64,000 nt of DNA, from the NCBI RefSeq assembly GCF_024521635.1, contig NW_026250407.1, positions 930,001-994,000 on the forward strand, given 5' to 3'. The DNA comes from Tricharina praecox. Taxonomy: Eukaryota. Both the position numbers and the translations under genes were made by a program. The stretch's first letter is position 1; each line of letters opens with the position of its first letter. Positions 63,060 through 64,000 of this stretch are shown here, one piece after another. The notes under the pieces were generated by a model. It was given only the letters and a program-made list of their open reading frames with translations. It was not told where the DNA came from and did no database searches.

Positions 63060-64000
63060 ATGCAAGCTGTAGGTCTTCACTCAATCCCACTCCTTACAAC
63101 ATAAACGCGATCAACAATTATGAGATCAAATCCTCTTCGGCTTGATAATCTTGCTGCACACATGACTGACGTGTCTTATAGCGCCGTGTTCCACGCACGC
63201 GAAGTGCAAACAACGAGAACGGCGATGAGAATACCGTAGCAACAAACACACGCCTCACGCGAGCGAAGGCTGCGTCGCTCTCGACTAACGGTCAGAAAGC
63301 CTCCGTCGTCATCACCAAGAAAACCACCGCCGCTCTCGCCACGAAGACTGCTCTTGCTACGAAGACTACCAACGCGACTGCCGCTGTTGCTCCAGCAAAC
63401 CGTAAACGTGCCGCACTTGGCGACGTCAGCAACGTCCACAAGATCGAATCCAACGGTGTTGGAGAGAAGAAGGCTGTCAAGAAGGTCACGAAGGCCACCA
63501 GCACTACGACCACCAAGTCCGCAACCAATGGTGTCACCAAGACGACGCGTACTACTCGTGCCGCTCCCATCAAGGCTGCGGTAGTTGAAGATGCCAAGAA
63601 GAAGGATCCAGCCGTTCGGTCGAAGAAGAGACCCGCTCCCTCGAAGGTTAAGGAAGAAGAGGAAGCTGGGGAGGACACCGAGAACCGTGATTCGGGATTG
63701 GCAGTTAAGGCCAAGGCCGGTGCCAGCGTTAAGGTTGCCGAGGAGGTGACTCGTCAGCCGGCTGCTAAGCGACCACGCATCGCTAAGACTGCCGCTGAAG
63801 TTGAAGGATGGGAGGACCTCGACGCCGAGGATGCCGAGGATCCTTTGATGGTTTCCGAGTACGTCAATGAGATCTTCGAGTATCTCAAGAAGCTCGAACC
63901 CGAAACTCAGCCCAATCCAACCTACATGGACGACCAGATCGACCTGAAGTGGCAGATGCGCGGTATCCTTGTCGATTGGCTCGTCGAGGTTCACACTCGC
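63060..64000 (+). CDS. nimE: G2/M B-type cyclin (NimE/Cdc13/Clb-like), 5' part; exons 63060-63068 and 63182->64000
   Basis: MQA|RRVPRTR.., destruction box RAALGDVSN, DLDAEDAEDPLMVSEYVNEIFEYL, cyclin box start MRGILVDWLVEVH; this frame is absent from the ORF track because it runs off the window. Confidence 0.95.

Noticed and set aside
63176..63994. 272-aa minus-strand ORF
   Set aside because: Antisense shadow of the cyclin coding exon

Overview
Gene-dense, intron-containing DNA from a filamentous ascomycete fungus (short GT-AG introns with CTRAC/CTAAT branch sites, many microsatellites; a Pezizomycete origin is my guess only). I can support about 20 protein genes and one tRNA. In order: 3' end of KRE6/SKN1; a minus-strand three-gene island (hypothetical protein, OTT_1508-like deaminase, GNAT acetyltransferase); LSM1; NRK1; a WDR62/MAPKBP1-like WD40 gene; SIF2/TBL1-like; ADE13; TMEM115-like; MNN11-like GT34; tRNA-Gln(CUG); a Uds1-domain gene; an ~11 kb gene-free stretch; TRM11; MON2; MMS2; TEX1/THOC3; RPP40; a bacterial-type PARG (DUF2263); a FUSC/BRE4-like transporter; an F-box/Cys-rich protein; and the 5' part of a B-type cyclin. 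The most interesting signal is the OTT_1508-like deaminase. Its frame is broken by a single in-frame UAG just after the Zn-binding core (GTHGKVYP*WDI) and stays open for ~155 more codons. This makes it a candidate for A-to-I stop-codon correction, possibly self-editing, although a simple pseudogene is not excluded. Other highlights are a 4-nt microexon in LSM1, a GC-AG intron in SIF2, and a cyclin upstream region with four tandem SCB-like boxes and ~1.5 kb nearly free of ATG. All gene models were read by eye; no database searches were run.
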